Assembly (NCBI GenBank): GCA_001314805.1
Contig: LJSY01000020.1
Location: forward strand, 498-64,497
Direction: 5' to 3'
Origin: Rhodobacteraceae bacterium HLUCCO18
Lineage (GTDB): Bacteria; Pseudomonadota; Alphaproteobacteria; Rhodobacterales; Rhodobacteraceae
Length of the DNA: 64,000 nt
This document shows positions 8,582-17,857 of this stretch, in pieces. The translations under genes and the position numbers were made by a program. The first letter of the stretch is position 1. Each line of letters starts with the position of its first letter. Under the pieces are notes generated by a model. That model ran no database searches. It saw only the letters and a list, made by a program, of their open reading frames with translations, and was not told the DNA's origin.

Positions 8582-8724
8582 TCGTCGTAATCGTCACTGA
8601 GGATGCGGTTCGCGTCACCCTCGGGGTCCTCGAACTGGCCTCGCCTGAGCATCCAGAAGAACGCGCCCAGCCCGACGATGCCCAGAAACAGGCTGACCGG
8701 GATCAGGATACCGAGGACGTCCAT
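8566..8724 (-). CDS. ccoS: cbb3-type cytochrome oxidase assembly protein CcoS (RdxS/FixS)
   Basis: 52-aa ORF, too short for the ORF track. Translation MDVLGILIPVSLFLGIVGLGAFFWMLRRGQFEDPEGDANRILSDDYDDKPKS matches the CcoS/FixS pattern (one TM helix followed by a LRxGQF/YxD-type motif). It starts 8 nt after the ccoI stop, at the expected operon position. Confidence 0.85.
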   Translation of the reverse strand: MDVLGILIPVSLFLGIVGLGAFFWMLRRGQFEDPEGDANRILSDDYDDKPKS

Positions 8725-8731
8725 CAGGCGC

Positions 8732-10915
8732 TCACTTCAATCGCAGGGCGTTGAGCGAGACCGTAATGGAAGACAGCGACATGGCCAAGGCTGCGATCAG
8801 CGGCGTGGCGAGACCGGCAATGGCCAGCGGAACCGCCAGAACGTTGTAGACGGTCGCGATGGTGAAGTTCTCGCGGATGCGGCGCGCCGCCGATGTCGAG
8901 GTCGTGTAGGCATCCGCGATGGGCGCGAGGCTACGGCCCATCAGGACCATGTCCGAGGCCGTGCGCGCGGCATCGAGCGCCGAGGCCGGCGAGATCGAGA
9001 CATGGGCCGCGGCCAGCGCGGCGGTATCATTCAGACCGTCGCCCACCATCAGAACGCGCGCGCCCTCCTCGGAAAGCTGCGCCACAAGCGCGGCCTTTTC
9101 CTGCGGCAGCGCCTCGGCGATGACCTCCTCGATGCCGATGCGGTCGGCGAAGGACTGCACGGCGCCGCGCGTGTCGCCCGACAAAAGGATCACGCGTCGG
9201 CCCGAGGCCTTGAGCGCGGCGACCGTCTCGGCCGCGCCCTCGCGCAAGGTGTCGGTGAAGCGGATCGCACGCGGGGCGTCGTCGCCCAGCTTGAGGAAGG
9301 TCGCGGTCACGTCGGGGGCCTCCGCGCCAACCCAGGCCGCGCGCCCAAGGCGCACCGGCTTGCCGCGCCAAATGCCTTCCACGCCGTATCCCGGCGCCTC
9401 GGTCGCGCCCTCGATGCGGGCAGGGCGCAGGCCGCGCGCGCGCAGGGCCCCGGACAGCGCCTCGGCCAGCGGGTGCGAGGACGCCTCGGCCAGAGCCAGC
9501 GCAACGCCCATCGCCTCGTCGGGATGGCTGTCGAGGCCCACGGGTTCCGGCGCGCCGGTGGTCAGCGTGCCGGTCTTGTCGAAGACAACCGTGTCGGCCT
9601 CCGACATCCGCTCCAGCGCGGTGCCGTCCTTGATCAAGAGCCCCTTGCGGAACAGGCGCCCCGAGGCCGCCGTCGTCACCGCGGGCACCGCGAGGCCCAG
9701 CGCGCAGGGGCAGGTGATGATCAGAACCGCGGCCGCGATGTTGAGCGAGATGCGCAGATCCTGCGTGTAGATCCACCAGCCCACGGCCGCGAGAACGGCA
9801 AGGATATGAACACCCGGCGCGTAGAGCTTGGCGGCCTGATCCGCGAGCGAGTTGTAGTTCGCGCGCCCGGATTCCGCCACGGCCACCAGATCGGCGATCC
9901 GGTGCAGCGACGTGTCGCGCCCCGCCGCGCGCACCTCTACCATCAGCGGGCCCGTCAGATTGACCTCGCCGGCGCTGACCTCAGTGCCGGGACCGGCATA
10001 GACCGGAAGGCTTTCGCCCGTCATCAGCGAGCGGTCGAGCTCGGACTGGCCCTCCGTCACGATGCCGTCGACCGGTATGCGCCCGCCGGGTTTGACCCGC
10101 ACGATATCGCCCACGGCAAGCTCCGCTGCCGCGACGGTTTCCTCGCCGCTTGCGGTCACGCGAAGGGCGCGCGGCACCTCGAGCGCGGCCAGTTCCTGCG
10201 CCGCCGAGCGCGCCGAGGCGCGTGTGCGGTGGTCGAGATACCGCCCGCCCAGCAGGAAGAAGCACAGCATGATCGCGGCGTCGAAATAGGCATGATGCCC
10301 CGACATCATCGTCTCGTAGAGCGACGTGCCCACCGCCAGAACGATCGCGAGCGTGATCGGCACGTCCATGTTGAGCCGCCCGCCCCTGAGCGCGCCCCAG
10401 GCCGAGACGTAGAACGGCCGGCCCGAGAACACGACCGCCGGGATCGCGATGGCCGCGCTGATCCAGTGCATCATGTCGCGGGTGACGCCCTCCGCCCCGG
10501 CCCAGACGGCCACGGACAGGAGCATCACGTTCATCATCGCGAAGAAGGCCACGGCAAGCCGCATGAGAAGGTCGCGGCCTTCCCGGTCGGCATCGGTCGT
10601 GGCCAGCACGCCCGGGTCGAGCTCATGCGCCTCGTAGCCGGCGCGCTCCAGAAGCTGCGTCAGGTCATGGGCCGTGATCTCCGGCGCAGCCTCGACGGCG
10701 GCGCGGCGGAGCGTCAGGTTGACCCGCGCCGAACGCACGCCGGGAAGCGCGTTCAGCGCCCTCTCGACGCCCGAGATGCATCCCGCGCAATGGATGCCCG
10801 GCAGCGACAGCATCAGCGTCGCGTCCTTGGGCAGTTCCGCCAGATGCTCGGCCGCCGGCGCGACATTGCAGGCCGCACAGGCACCGGGTTTGGGGTGTTC
10901 GAAGGTGGCGGTCAT
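8732..10915 (-). CDS. ccoI: Copper-translocating P1B-type ATPase for cbb3 oxidase maturation (CcoI/RdxI/FixI)
   Basis: 727 aa with an N-terminal HMA CxxC (GIHCAGC), the CPC motif (ITCPCALG), DKTGTLT and GDGLND. It sits in the ccoGHIS context. Confidence 0.95.
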   Translation of the reverse strand: MTATFEHPKPGACAACNVAPAAEHLAELPKDATLMLSLPGIHCAGCISGVERALNALPGVRSARVNLTLRRAAVEAAPEITAHDLTQLLERAGYEAHELDPGVLATTDADREGRDLLMRLAVAFFAMMNVMLLSVAVWAGAEGVTRDMMHWISAAIAIPAVVFSGRPFYVSAWGALRGGRLNMDVPITLAIVLAVGTSLYETMMSGHHAYFDAAIMLCFFLLGGRYLDHRTRASARSAAQELAALEVPRALRVTASGEETVAAAELAVGDIVRVKPGGRIPVDGIVTEGQSELDRSLMTGESLPVYAGPGTEVSAGEVNLTGPLMVEVRAAGRDTSLHRIADLVAVAESGRANYNSLADQAAKLYAPGVHILAVLAAVGWWIYTQDLRISLNIAAAVLIITCPCALGLAVPAVTTAASGRLFRKGLLIKDGTALERMSEADTVVFDKTGTLTTGAPEPVGLDSHPDEAMGVALALAEASSHPLAEALSGALRARGLRPARIEGATEAPGYGVEGIWRGKPVRLGRAAWVGAEAPDVTATFLKLGDDAPRAIRFTDTLREGAAETVAALKASGRRVILLSGDTRGAVQSFADRIGIEEVIAEALPQEKAALVAQLSEEGARVLMVGDGLNDTAALAAAHVSISPASALDAARTASDMVLMGRSLAPIADAYTTSTSAARRIRENFTIATVYNVLAVPLAIAGLATPLIAALAMSLSSITVSLNALRLK

Positions 10916-10933
10916 GTGTGCGCCATCGGGGTC

Positions 10934-11419
10934 CTAGCCCCGCAGCTCGAAGGTGATGTTGCGCCGGTACTCGGTGCCGTCGCGCGCCATGCCGGTCAGC
11001 CGCAGGCGCCAGCGCCCCTCGCTGACCGAGACCGGCGCGGTGAGCGTGCCGTTCGGCCCGCGGGTGAGCACGAGTTGCTGATCCTCGAGGCGGCTTGTCG
11101 GACGGGTCAGAAGCGCATCAAGCTCGGCGGGGTAGACCGGGCGCCCGTAATCGTCGACCAGCGTCAGGATAAGCGTGTCGCCGTCCAGCCCCACGGACGC
11201 GTCCCAGCCCAGCGCCTCCTGCGCGTCGCGGCGGATGTCGAAGGTCTGGCTGTCGGCGTAGCTCGACGAGACTTCCATGCCGGGGAAGGTGGAAATGGCG
11301 TTGTAGGCCATGAAGAGGTTCACACCGATGATTGTGCCGAACATGGTCACGAAGATCGCAAGGACCTTCTTGCCCGTCAGTTCGCGCCCCCCTTTGGACG
11401 CCTCCGCTTCGCTGCTCAT
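10934..11419 (-). CDS. ccoH: CcoH/RdxH/FixH cbb3 oxidase assembly protein
   Basis: 161 aa with a single N-terminal TM helix (VLAIFVTMFGTIIGVNLFMAY) and a FixH-like periplasmic domain. It lies between ccoG and ccoI, and its start overlaps the ccoG stop. Confidence 0.9.
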   Translation of the reverse strand: MSSEAEASKGGRELTGKKVLAIFVTMFGTIIGVNLFMAYNAISTFPGMEVSSSYADSQTFDIRRDAQEALGWDASVGLDGDTLILTLVDDYGRPVYPAELDALLTRPTSRLEDQQLVLTRGPNGTLTAPVSVSEGRWRLRLTGMARDGTEYRRNITFELRG

Positions 11420-12936
11420 TCCAGATCCCTCCCGAAGAATGTGGTGTCCTGATGGGTGCGCGTCGTGGTGCTCAGGTCCTCGACCCAGAACCTGAAGTCG
11501 GTAAGGTTGCTGTCGGCCGCCTCGCTTCCCGGGGGCGCGATCACATAGACCCGCTGAAGATGCGTGCTGTCGGCGGGCACGTTCACGATATTGCCCTGCT
11601 GCCCCTCAAGCTCGACCTCGAAGGGCTGATCCGAGGCCAGCGTGATCTCGAAATCGGTGGGCTGGTGGGTCATGTTGCGGATCCGCACGTCATAGGTGTT
11701 GCGGATCGACCCGTCCGACAGCGTCACGAATTGCGGGTTGCGCACCGGCGCGACCGTCATGTCGATGTCCGACCGGACGAACAGCGCCACCACGAGGCCG
11801 ATGCCCACCGCGGACCACAGCGCGGTGTAAATGATCGTGCGCAGGCGGAAGACGTGCTTCCAGACCGGTTTTTTCGGGTTGCCGGCGCGTTCGTTCGCCT
11901 CGTCGGTCAGCGCCATGTAGTCGATCAGGCCACGCGGCTTGCCGATCTTGTCCATGATCTCGTCACAGGCGTCGATGCACAGCGCGCAGGTGATGCATTC
12001 CAGCTGCTGACCGTCGCGGATGTCGATGCCCACCGGGCAGACATTCACGCAGGCCATGCAGTCGATGCAATCGCCAAGCTCGTCCGTGCCAGTGCGGCTC
12101 GACGAGGTGTCGCCCGGCTCGAGGCCGTCAACGCGCGGCCCCGCCGCGTAGCTCGTGGCGATGGCGCTTTCGGCCTTTTCGCGGCGGCGCTTGCCCTTGC
12201 CGCGCGGCTCGCCGCGCCAGTCGCGATAGGCCACCGTGATCGTGTCCTCGTCCATCATCGCGGCCTGGATGCGCGGCCAAGGACAGGCATAGATGCAGAT
12301 CTGTTCGCGCATGAAGCCGCCGAAGACGAAGGTCGTCGCCGTCAGGATTCCGATCGTGACATAGGCGACCAGGGCGGCCTGCCCGGTGACGAGATCCACG
12401 AGAAGCGTCGGAGCGTCGGCGAAGTAGAACACCCAAGCCCCGCCGGTGGCCACGGCGATGGCGAGCCAGGCCGCGTATTTGGTCACGCGCAGGCGAAGCT
12501 TGCGGACATCCCAGTCCGAGCGCCAGAGCCTGAGGCGCGCGTTGCGGTCGCCCTCGATCCAGCGTTCCACGGTAAAGAAGAGGTCCGTCCAGACCGTCTG
12601 CGGGCAGGCATAGCCGCACCAGACCCGGCCCAGCGCCGAGGTGAACAGGAAGAGGCCGAGCCCGGCCATGATCAGCAGGCCCGCGACGAAGTAGAACTCG
12701 TGCGGCCAGATCTCGATCCAGAAGAAGAAGAAACGCCGGTTCGCGAGGTCCAGAAGCACCGCCTGGTCGGGCAGGTTCGGGCCACGGTCCCAGCGGATCC
12801 AGGGCGTCACGTAGTAGATGCCGAGGGTGACGATCAGGATGATCCACTTGAGGTTCCGGAACGTGCCGCTGACCCGTTTGGGGAAAACGGGCTCGCGTGA
12901 AACGTAGAGCTTCTGCGGCTCTTCGGTCGTGCTCAT
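11416..12936 (-). CDS. ccoG: CcoG/RdxB/FixG, membrane 4Fe-4S ferredoxin-type cbb3 oxidase assembly protein
   Basis: The ORF track gives 11416..13056. The start is moved to ATG 12936 (MSTTEEPQKLYVSREPVFPKRVSG...). Motifs are CGYACPQTVWTD and two ferredoxin clusters (CIDCMACVNVCP, CITCALCIDAC). Confidence 0.9.
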   Translation of the reverse strand: MSTTEEPQKLYVSREPVFPKRVSGTFRNLKWIILIVTLGIYYVTPWIRWDRGPNLPDQAVLLDLANRRFFFFWIEIWPHEFYFVAGLLIMAGLGLFLFTSALGRVWCGYACPQTVWTDLFFTVERWIEGDRNARLRLWRSDWDVRKLRLRVTKYAAWLAIAVATGGAWVFYFADAPTLLVDLVTGQAALVAYVTIGILTATTFVFGGFMREQICIYACPWPRIQAAMMDEDTITVAYRDWRGEPRGKGKRRREKAESAIATSYAAGPRVDGLEPGDTSSSRTGTDELGDCIDCMACVNVCPVGIDIRDGQQLECITCALCIDACDEIMDKIGKPRGLIDYMALTDEANERAGNPKKPVWKHVFRLRTIIYTALWSAVGIGLVVALFVRSDIDMTVAPVRNPQFVTLSDGSIRNTYDVRIRNMTHQPTDFEITLASDQPFEVELEGQQGNIVNVPADSTHLQRVYVIAPPGSEAADSNLTDFRFWVEDLSTTTRTHQDTTFFGRDLE

Positions 12937-13012
12937 GATGGAATCACCCTTAGGTTGAGTAGTGTCCGTTCTGCGCAGGGTCGGTTGTAGGATGCGCGTC
13001 CCTCCAGCCTCT

Positions 13013-13026
13013 TTGACGTGGATCAA
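13013..13026. promoter_or_regulatory. FNR/FnrL-type box TTGACGTGGATCAA upstream of ccoG
   Basis: Matches TTGAT-N4-ATCAA at 9 of 10 half-site positions. It lies about 77-90 nt upstream of the ccoG ATG and downstream of the ccoP hairpin. Confidence 0.6.
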
Positions 13027-13112
13027 CCGGGGTGCCCGCACAATTGGCTGCGACAATTAATCCGGAACGAGAACCGCCCCACCTCGGCGTCGAGGCAGGG
13101 CGGGGAATGGAA

Positions 13113-13159
13113 GGCACCGGTCCCGTAGGAAACGCGCGAACAGGACCGGGACCGGTGCC
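13113..13159 (-). terminator. Strong stem-loop after ccoP (GGCACCGGTCCC ... GGGACCGGTGCC)
   Basis: Perfect 12-bp inverted repeat with a 23-nt loop, about 45 nt downstream of the ccoP stop. There is no clean U-tract, so it may be a partial terminator or an mRNA-stability element. Confidence 0.5.
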
Positions 13160-13203
13160 GATCCAGCGACCGGGAGGGGCCGCCGGACCTGATGGAGCGG
13201 GGC

Positions 13204-14118
13204 CTACTGGCCGCCGCCCAAGCTGTGAACGTAGACGGAGACCGCGCGGACCTCCGGCTCGGAAAGTCGACCCGCGTCCGAGGCCTCCGCCGACCACGGC
13301 GGCATGACCCCGAAGCGGGAGTAGCGCACCGTGTGTTCGATGGCCTCTTCCGACCCGCCGTAAAGCCAGATCGCATCCGTCAGGTTCGGCGCGCCGAGGA
13401 ACTGGTCGCCCGAGCCGTCATCCATGTGACACGACGCGCAGTTGTCGTAGAACACCTGCCCGCCGAGATCGACCACGGAACCGTCGTGGTCCTGGCCCGA
13501 GATGTTGCGGACATACTGCACGACCGCCGTTATCTCTTCGTCGGTCAGGATGTCGTCGAAGGCCGTCATCTCCGAGTAGCGGGAGTTCATGTCATCCTCG
13601 TTCCGGATGCCATGGGCCACCGTCAGGTAGATCTCGTCGACGGTCCCGCCCCAGAGCCAGTCGTCGTCCAGCAGGTTCGGGTAGCCCGAGGCCTGGACGC
13701 CGGCCGCGCCCGATCCGTGGCACTGCGAACACCAGGTCGCGAATATCGCCGCCCCGCCCTGGATCGCGTAATTGTAGAGATCCGGGTTGTCGTTGGGGTT
13801 GATCGCGGCCAGTTCGACATCGGCGATGCGCGTCCGGATATCGGCGTTCATCTCCTCGAAACGCTGGATGTCCTCGGCCACGTTCGCCCGCGTCGAGAAC
13901 CCGAGAAGGCCGGGTGTCGCGCCATTGACCAGCGGCCATGCGGGATAGAGGACGGTATATCCGATCCCCCAGATGATCGTGGCATAGAAGGTCCACAGCC
14001 ACCAGCGTGGCAACGGGTTGTTGAACTCCTTGATCCCGTCCCAGACGTGGCCCGTCGTGTCGGGATCGCCCTCCAGGAGCTTCTGCTCGTCGGGGTGCTC
14101 GTTCTTGTGCTCGCTCAT
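13204..14118 (-). CDS. ccoP: cbb3-type cytochrome c oxidase subunit III (dihaem c)
   Basis: 304 aa with two CxxCH sites (CSQCHG, CASCHM), an N-terminal TM segment and the motif NPLPRWW. Confidence 0.95.
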   Translation of the reverse strand: MSEHKNEHPDEQKLLEGDPDTTGHVWDGIKEFNNPLPRWWLWTFYATIIWGIGYTVLYPAWPLVNGATPGLLGFSTRANVAEDIQRFEEMNADIRTRIADVELAAINPNDNPDLYNYAIQGGAAIFATWCSQCHGSGAAGVQASGYPNLLDDDWLWGGTVDEIYLTVAHGIRNEDDMNSRYSEMTAFDDILTDEEITAVVQYVRNISGQDHDGSVVDLGGQVFYDNCASCHMDDGSGDQFLGAPNLTDAIWLYGGSEEAIEHTVRYSRFGVMPPWSAEASDAGRLSEPEVRAVSVYVHSLGGGQ

Positions 14119-14330
14119 TGCCGCGCCTCCTTGAAGGGCTCTTTCCGGTCCGGCGCGTCGTCGGTGGCCGGCTTGTCGTCGTAGCGGAACGGGATGTCGG
14201 CCGTTTCGCGGTGCAGGCTGCGGCTTCCGGGGCGGAACGTGTAGGCGATCACGCCCAGGAACACGAGGAGCATGAACATCGCCCCCCAGCTGCGCGCGAT
14301 GACCTGCAGGATGGTGTAGGTGTCTTCCAT
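14115..14330 (-). CDS. ccoQ: cbb3-type cytochrome c oxidase subunit IV
   Basis: 71 aa with a single TM helix (WGAMFMLLVFLGVIAYTF). It lies between ccoO and ccoP with a 4-nt overlap. Confidence 0.85.
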   Translation of the reverse strand: MEDTYTILQVIARSWGAMFMLLVFLGVIAYTFRPGSRSLHRETADIPFRYDDKPATDDAPDRKEPFKEARQ

Positions 14331-14345
14331 CGTCGAGGTTCCCCC

Positions 14346-15077
14346 TTACCGGCTGATGGAGGCTTCTTCTTCGGAGAAGGTCGAGAAGTCGACCAGCGTT
14401 CCGAGCATCTGGAGATAGGCGATCATCGCGTCCATCTCCGTCACTTGCGGGTTCCCGTCGAAATCGCGCTGCTGCGCGCCGGGATAGCGTTCGACCACAC
14501 CGCCATCACCGAAATCGGTCGCCTGCTGGACAAAGTCGAAGCGGGCGTTTTCGATCATCTCGTCGGTATAGGGCACGCCCACCATGCGGTGCGTGCTCAT
14601 CAGGTCGGCAATGTACTCTCCGTCAAGTTCGCGGTCGGCGAAATACGCGTAGGACGGCATCACCGATTCCGGCACCACCGACTGCGGGTCGATGAAATGG
14701 TCGTAGTGCCATTCATCCGAATAGCGGCCACCGACACGGGCGAGGTCGGGCCCCGTCCGCTTGGAGCCCCACTGGAACGGATGGTCGTACTGGCTTTCGG
14801 CCGCGAGGGAGTAGTGCCCGTAGCGTTCCACCTCGTCCCGCATGGGCCGGATCATCTGGGAGTGGCAGACGTAGCACCCCTCCCGGATGTAGATCTCGCG
14901 GCCGGCGAGCTCGAGCGGAGAGTAGGGGCGCATGCCGTCGACGTCCTCGATCGTGTTCTCCAGGTAGAAGAGCGGCGCGATCTCCACGATCCCCCCCACC
15001 GTGACGACCAGGAAGCTGAGCGCCAGAAGGAGGGTCGCGTTCGTCTCGATCTTCTTGTGACCTTCGAAATTGGCCAT
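14346..15077 (-). CDS. ccoO: cbb3-type cytochrome c oxidase subunit II (monohaem c)
   Basis: 243 aa with a CYVCHS haem site and the motifs IVEIAPLF and [16 protein letters not shown]. Confidence 0.95.
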   Translation of the reverse strand: MANFEGHKKIETNATLLLALSFLVVTVGGIVEIAPLFYLENTIEDVDGMRPYSPLELAGREIYIREGCYVCHSQMIRPMRDEVERYGHYSLAAESQYDHPFQWGSKRTGPDLARVGGRYSDEWHYDHFIDPQSVVPESVMPSYAYFADRELDGEYIADLMSTHRMVGVPYTDEMIENARFDFVQQATDFGDGGVVERYPGAQQRDFDGNPQVTEMDAMIAYLQMLGTLVDFSTFSEEEASISR

Positions 15078-15091
15078 CTCTCAGACCCTCC

Positions 15092-16693
15092 TTATTCTGC
15101 GGGTGCCGCGATGGGGGCGTCCTTGCGGACCTCGCCCTTCTTCACGGTCATCCAGAGGTTCCAGCACATGATCAGCGCGCCGGTGAGGAACATCACACCG
15201 CCCAGGGCACGGACCACATACATCGGGAATTTGGCGGCAACGGTGTCGGCGAAGGAGTTCACGAGGAACCCTTGATCGTCCACTTCACGCCACATCAGGC
15301 CTTCCATGATACCGGTAACCCACATCGACGCGGCGTAGAGCACGATGCCGATGGTGGCGAGCCAGTAGTGCCAGGACACGGCCGACAGGCTGTAGAGCCG
15401 CTGGCGGTTCCACAGTTTCGGGAAGAGGTAGTAGAGCATCCCGAAGGTGATCATGCCGTTCCAGCCCAGCGCACCCGAGTGAACGTGACCGATCGTCCAG
15501 TCGGTGTAGTGCGACAGCGAGTTGACCGCGCGGATCGACATCATCGGGCCTTCGAAGGTGGACATGCCGTAGAAGGCGACCGAGGTGACCATCATCCGCA
15601 GGACGGGGTCGGTCCTGAGCTTGTCCCATGCCCCCGACAGGGTCATCAGGCCGTTGATCATGCCGCCCCAGGAGGGCATCCACAGGATGATCGAGAACAC
15701 CATGCCCAGCGTCGAGGCCCAGTCGGGCAGCGCGGTGTAATGCAGGTGGTGCGGACCGGCCCAGATATACAGGAAGATCAGCGCCCAGAAGTGGATGATC
15801 GACAGCTTGTAGCTGTAGACCGGCCGCTCGGCCTGCTTGGGGATGAAGTAGTACATCATGCCCAGGAAGCCCGCCGTCAGGAAAAAGCCCACGGCGTTGT
15901 GGCCGTACCACCACTGGGTCATGGCGCTCTGGACGCCGGACATCACGTGAACCGAGCGCGAGCCGAAGATCGACACCGGGATCGTGAGGTTGTTGACCAC
16001 ATGCAGCATCGCCACCGTGACGATGAAGCTCAGCAGGAACCAGTTGGCGACGTAGATATGCGGCTCCTTGCGCTTCAGGAGCGTGCCGACGAAGACCGCG
16101 AGGAACGCGACCCAGACGATGGTCAGCCACAGGTCGGTGTGCCATTCGGGCTCGGCGTATTCCATGCTCTGCGTCGCGCCGAGCAGGTAGCCCGTGGCCG
16201 CCATGACAATGAAGAGCTGGTAGCCCCAGAACACGAACCACGTGAGGTTTCCGCCCCACATCCGCGCGGCCGATGTGCGCTGCACGATATAGAAGGAGGC
16301 CGCCAGAAGCGCGTTGCCGCCGAAGGCAAAGATCACCGCCGAGGTGTGAAGGGGACGAAGGCGCCCGAAGTTCAGATACCCCTGCGCCCAATCGAAGTTG
16401 AGTACCGGAAAGGCCAGCTGGAAGGCGATGAAGACACCGACCAGAAAGCCGACGACGCCCCAGAAGGCTGTCGCGATAGCGGCGGCACGGACGGGACCGT
16501 CCATGTATTCATGCGTCGGCACCGGTACTGCCGGTTCCCCCATGCGCCGGAGCGTATAAAGGAAAAGGCCGCTCGCTACGACCATGAACAGCAACATGTG
16601 AACCATGTATGCCACGTCCCGTGCGTAGTTGGCTGCGATAGCCGCACACACAACGACGACGCCCAGGATCACGAGCTTAAGGTAATCAAGCAT
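15092..16693 (-). CDS. ccoN: cbb3-type cytochrome c oxidase subunit I
   Basis: The ORF track gives 15092..16813. The start is moved to ATG 16693 ([11 protein letters not shown]...), which has AAGGGA upstream. It is a polytopic haem-copper oxidase with [38 protein letters not shown] and [10 protein letters not shown]. Confidence 0.95.
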   Translation of the reverse strand: MLDYLKLVILGVVVVCAAIAANYARDVAYMVHMLLFMVVASGLFLYTLRRMGEPAVPVPTHEYMDGPVRAAAIATAFWGVVGFLVGVFIAFQLAFPVLNFDWAQGYLNFGRLRPLHTSAVIFAFGGNALLAASFYIVQRTSAARMWGGNLTWFVFWGYQLFIVMAATGYLLGATQSMEYAEPEWHTDLWLTIVWVAFLAVFVGTLLKRKEPHIYVANWFLLSFIVTVAMLHVVNNLTIPVSIFGSRSVHVMSGVQSAMTQWWYGHNAVGFFLTAGFLGMMYYFIPKQAERPVYSYKLSIIHFWALIFLYIWAGPHHLHYTALPDWASTLGMVFSIILWMPSWGGMINGLMTLSGAWDKLRTDPVLRMMVTSVAFYGMSTFEGPMMSIRAVNSLSHYTDWTIGHVHSGALGWNGMITFGMLYYLFPKLWNRQRLYSLSAVSWHYWLATIGIVLYAASMWVTGIMEGLMWREVDDQGFLVNSFADTVAAKFPMYVVRALGGVMFLTGALIMCWNLWMTVKKGEVRKDAPIAAPAE

Positions 16694-16804
16694 TGATCGT
16701 CCCTTCGCGATGCCCCGGTTCAGGTGGACCCGATACGACTCGGGCGCAGCCTTCCGGGACTGTTCCATCTGATCTCCACATCGCGGATGAAACCGACCGA
16801 GGCC

Positions 16805-16818
16805 TTGATCCATGTCAA
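16805..16818. promoter_or_regulatory. FNR/FnrL-type box TTGATCCATGTCAA (ccoN-proximal)
   Basis: TTGAT-N4-GTCAA in the ccoN/usp divergent intergenic region, about 112-125 nt upstream of the ccoN ATG. Confidence 0.65.
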
Positions 16819-16835
16819 AACCTCAGGTTGAGCGC

Positions 16836-16849
16836 TTGACGCAGGTCAA
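16836..16849. promoter_or_regulatory. FNR/FnrL-type box TTGACGCAGGTCAA (usp-proximal)
   Basis: TTGAC-N4-GTCAA, 57-70 nt upstream of the usp ATG at 16906. Its centre is 31 bp (about three helical turns) from the first box. Confidence 0.6.
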
Positions 16850-16905
16850 GGTGCCGCACCGGAGACGCGCCTATCAGGAAAAATGAAGACAACGAGGAGG
16901 TTTCG

Positions 16906-17745
16906 ATGGCCTACAAGAGCATTCTCACCATCCTGACGGAGGCCGATGACATGGCCCCCGTGCTGGATGCCGCGATCAGCATGGCACAAGACGCCGGAGC
17001 GCATCTGGACGTGCTGTGCCTGGGCATCGATCGCACGCAGACCGGCTATTATTTCGCCGGGGCGACCGCGATGATGTACGAGGAAACCCTCGCGCAGGCT
17101 CAGGCCGAGGCGACGCGTCTCGAAAAGGCCGCACGGGAGCGGCTGGACCGCACCGACCTGAGTTGGGGCGTCGAGGCGATGGTCACCCAATCGGCCAGCG
17201 TCACGACGGTCGTGGCGCGCAAGGCCCGTTTTGCCGACCTGGTCATCCTGCCCAAGCCCTATGGCGGCGACCTACCCGCCGACGCCCCCGTGATCGTCGA
17301 GGCTGCCATGTTCCAGGGCCAGGCTCCGGTCATCGTGCTGGCCGGGGATGCGACACATGCGCTCCACGCCAAGCGGATAGTCATCGCCTGGAACGAATCC
17401 TCCGAAGCGATGGCCGCCGTGCGCCGCGCCCTGCCGCTCCTCGTGAAGGCCGATCAGGTCAGCATCTGCATGGTGGCGCCCGAGCGGCACGGCTCGCAGA
17501 CGGCCGATCCCGGTGTGGAGCTGTCGCAGATGCTCAGCCGACACGGCGCGAATGTCGAGATCTGCCTCCTGCCACAGACCCTGACCCGGGTCAGCGAGGT
17601 CATCGCCCGCCATGTCGAGGACATCGACGCCGATCTTCTCGTGATGGGCGCCTACGGCCATTCGCGCTTCCGCGAGGCGATCCTCGGCGGGGCCACGCGC
17701 AACATGCTGGAACACGCAACGGTGCCTGTCCTGATGGCGCATTGA
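16906..17745 (+). CDS. Universal stress protein (tandem UspA domains)
   Basis: 279 aa in two Usp-like halves; the C-terminal half ends ...DLLVMGAYGHSRFREAILGGATRNMLEHATVPVLMAH. It is divergent from ccoN, as in the Rhodobacter sphaeroides cco/fnrL locus. Confidence 0.85.
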   Translation: MAYKSILTILTEADDMAPVLDAAISMAQDAGAHLDVLCLGIDRTQTGYYFAGATAMMYEETLAQAQAEATRLEKAARERLDRTDLSWGVEAMVTQSASVTTVVARKARFADLVILPKPYGGDLPADAPVIVEAAMFQGQAPVIVLAGDATHALHAKRIVIAWNESSEAMAAVRRALPLLVKADQVSICMVAPERHGSQTADPGVELSQMLSRHGANVEICLLPQTLTRVSEVIARHVEDIDADLLVMGAYGHSRFREAILGGATRNMLEHATVPVLMAH

Positions 17746-17857
17746 GGCGCGGGCCGGAAATTGCTGGCCCGGCGATGCGCATCGCCGGGCCTGTCCCATG
17801 TCACGAAGGTCGGATGGCGACGCGGTTTCGAAAGCCCCTGGCCGTGCGTCCGAGGCG

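Noticed and set aside
8603-11452. 949-aa plus-strand ORF, the longest in this region
   Set aside because: It is antisense to ccoI and ccoH, which have unambiguous P-type ATPase and FixH motifs. The translation is Arg/Gly/His/Ala-rich with no motifs. It is a typical stop-poor shadow frame of GC-rich DNA.
15272-16696. 474-aa plus-strand ORF; similar antisense or out-of-frame ORFs at 7000..8301, 11332..12900, 24265..25758, 37117..38370, 60615..62228 and 62361..63959
   Set aside because: All lie opposite or out of frame with genes that have strong family signatures (ccoN, PBP, ccoG, yejA, dnaX, RND pump). They are translated into Arg/Pro/Gly-rich sequence and lack RBS context.
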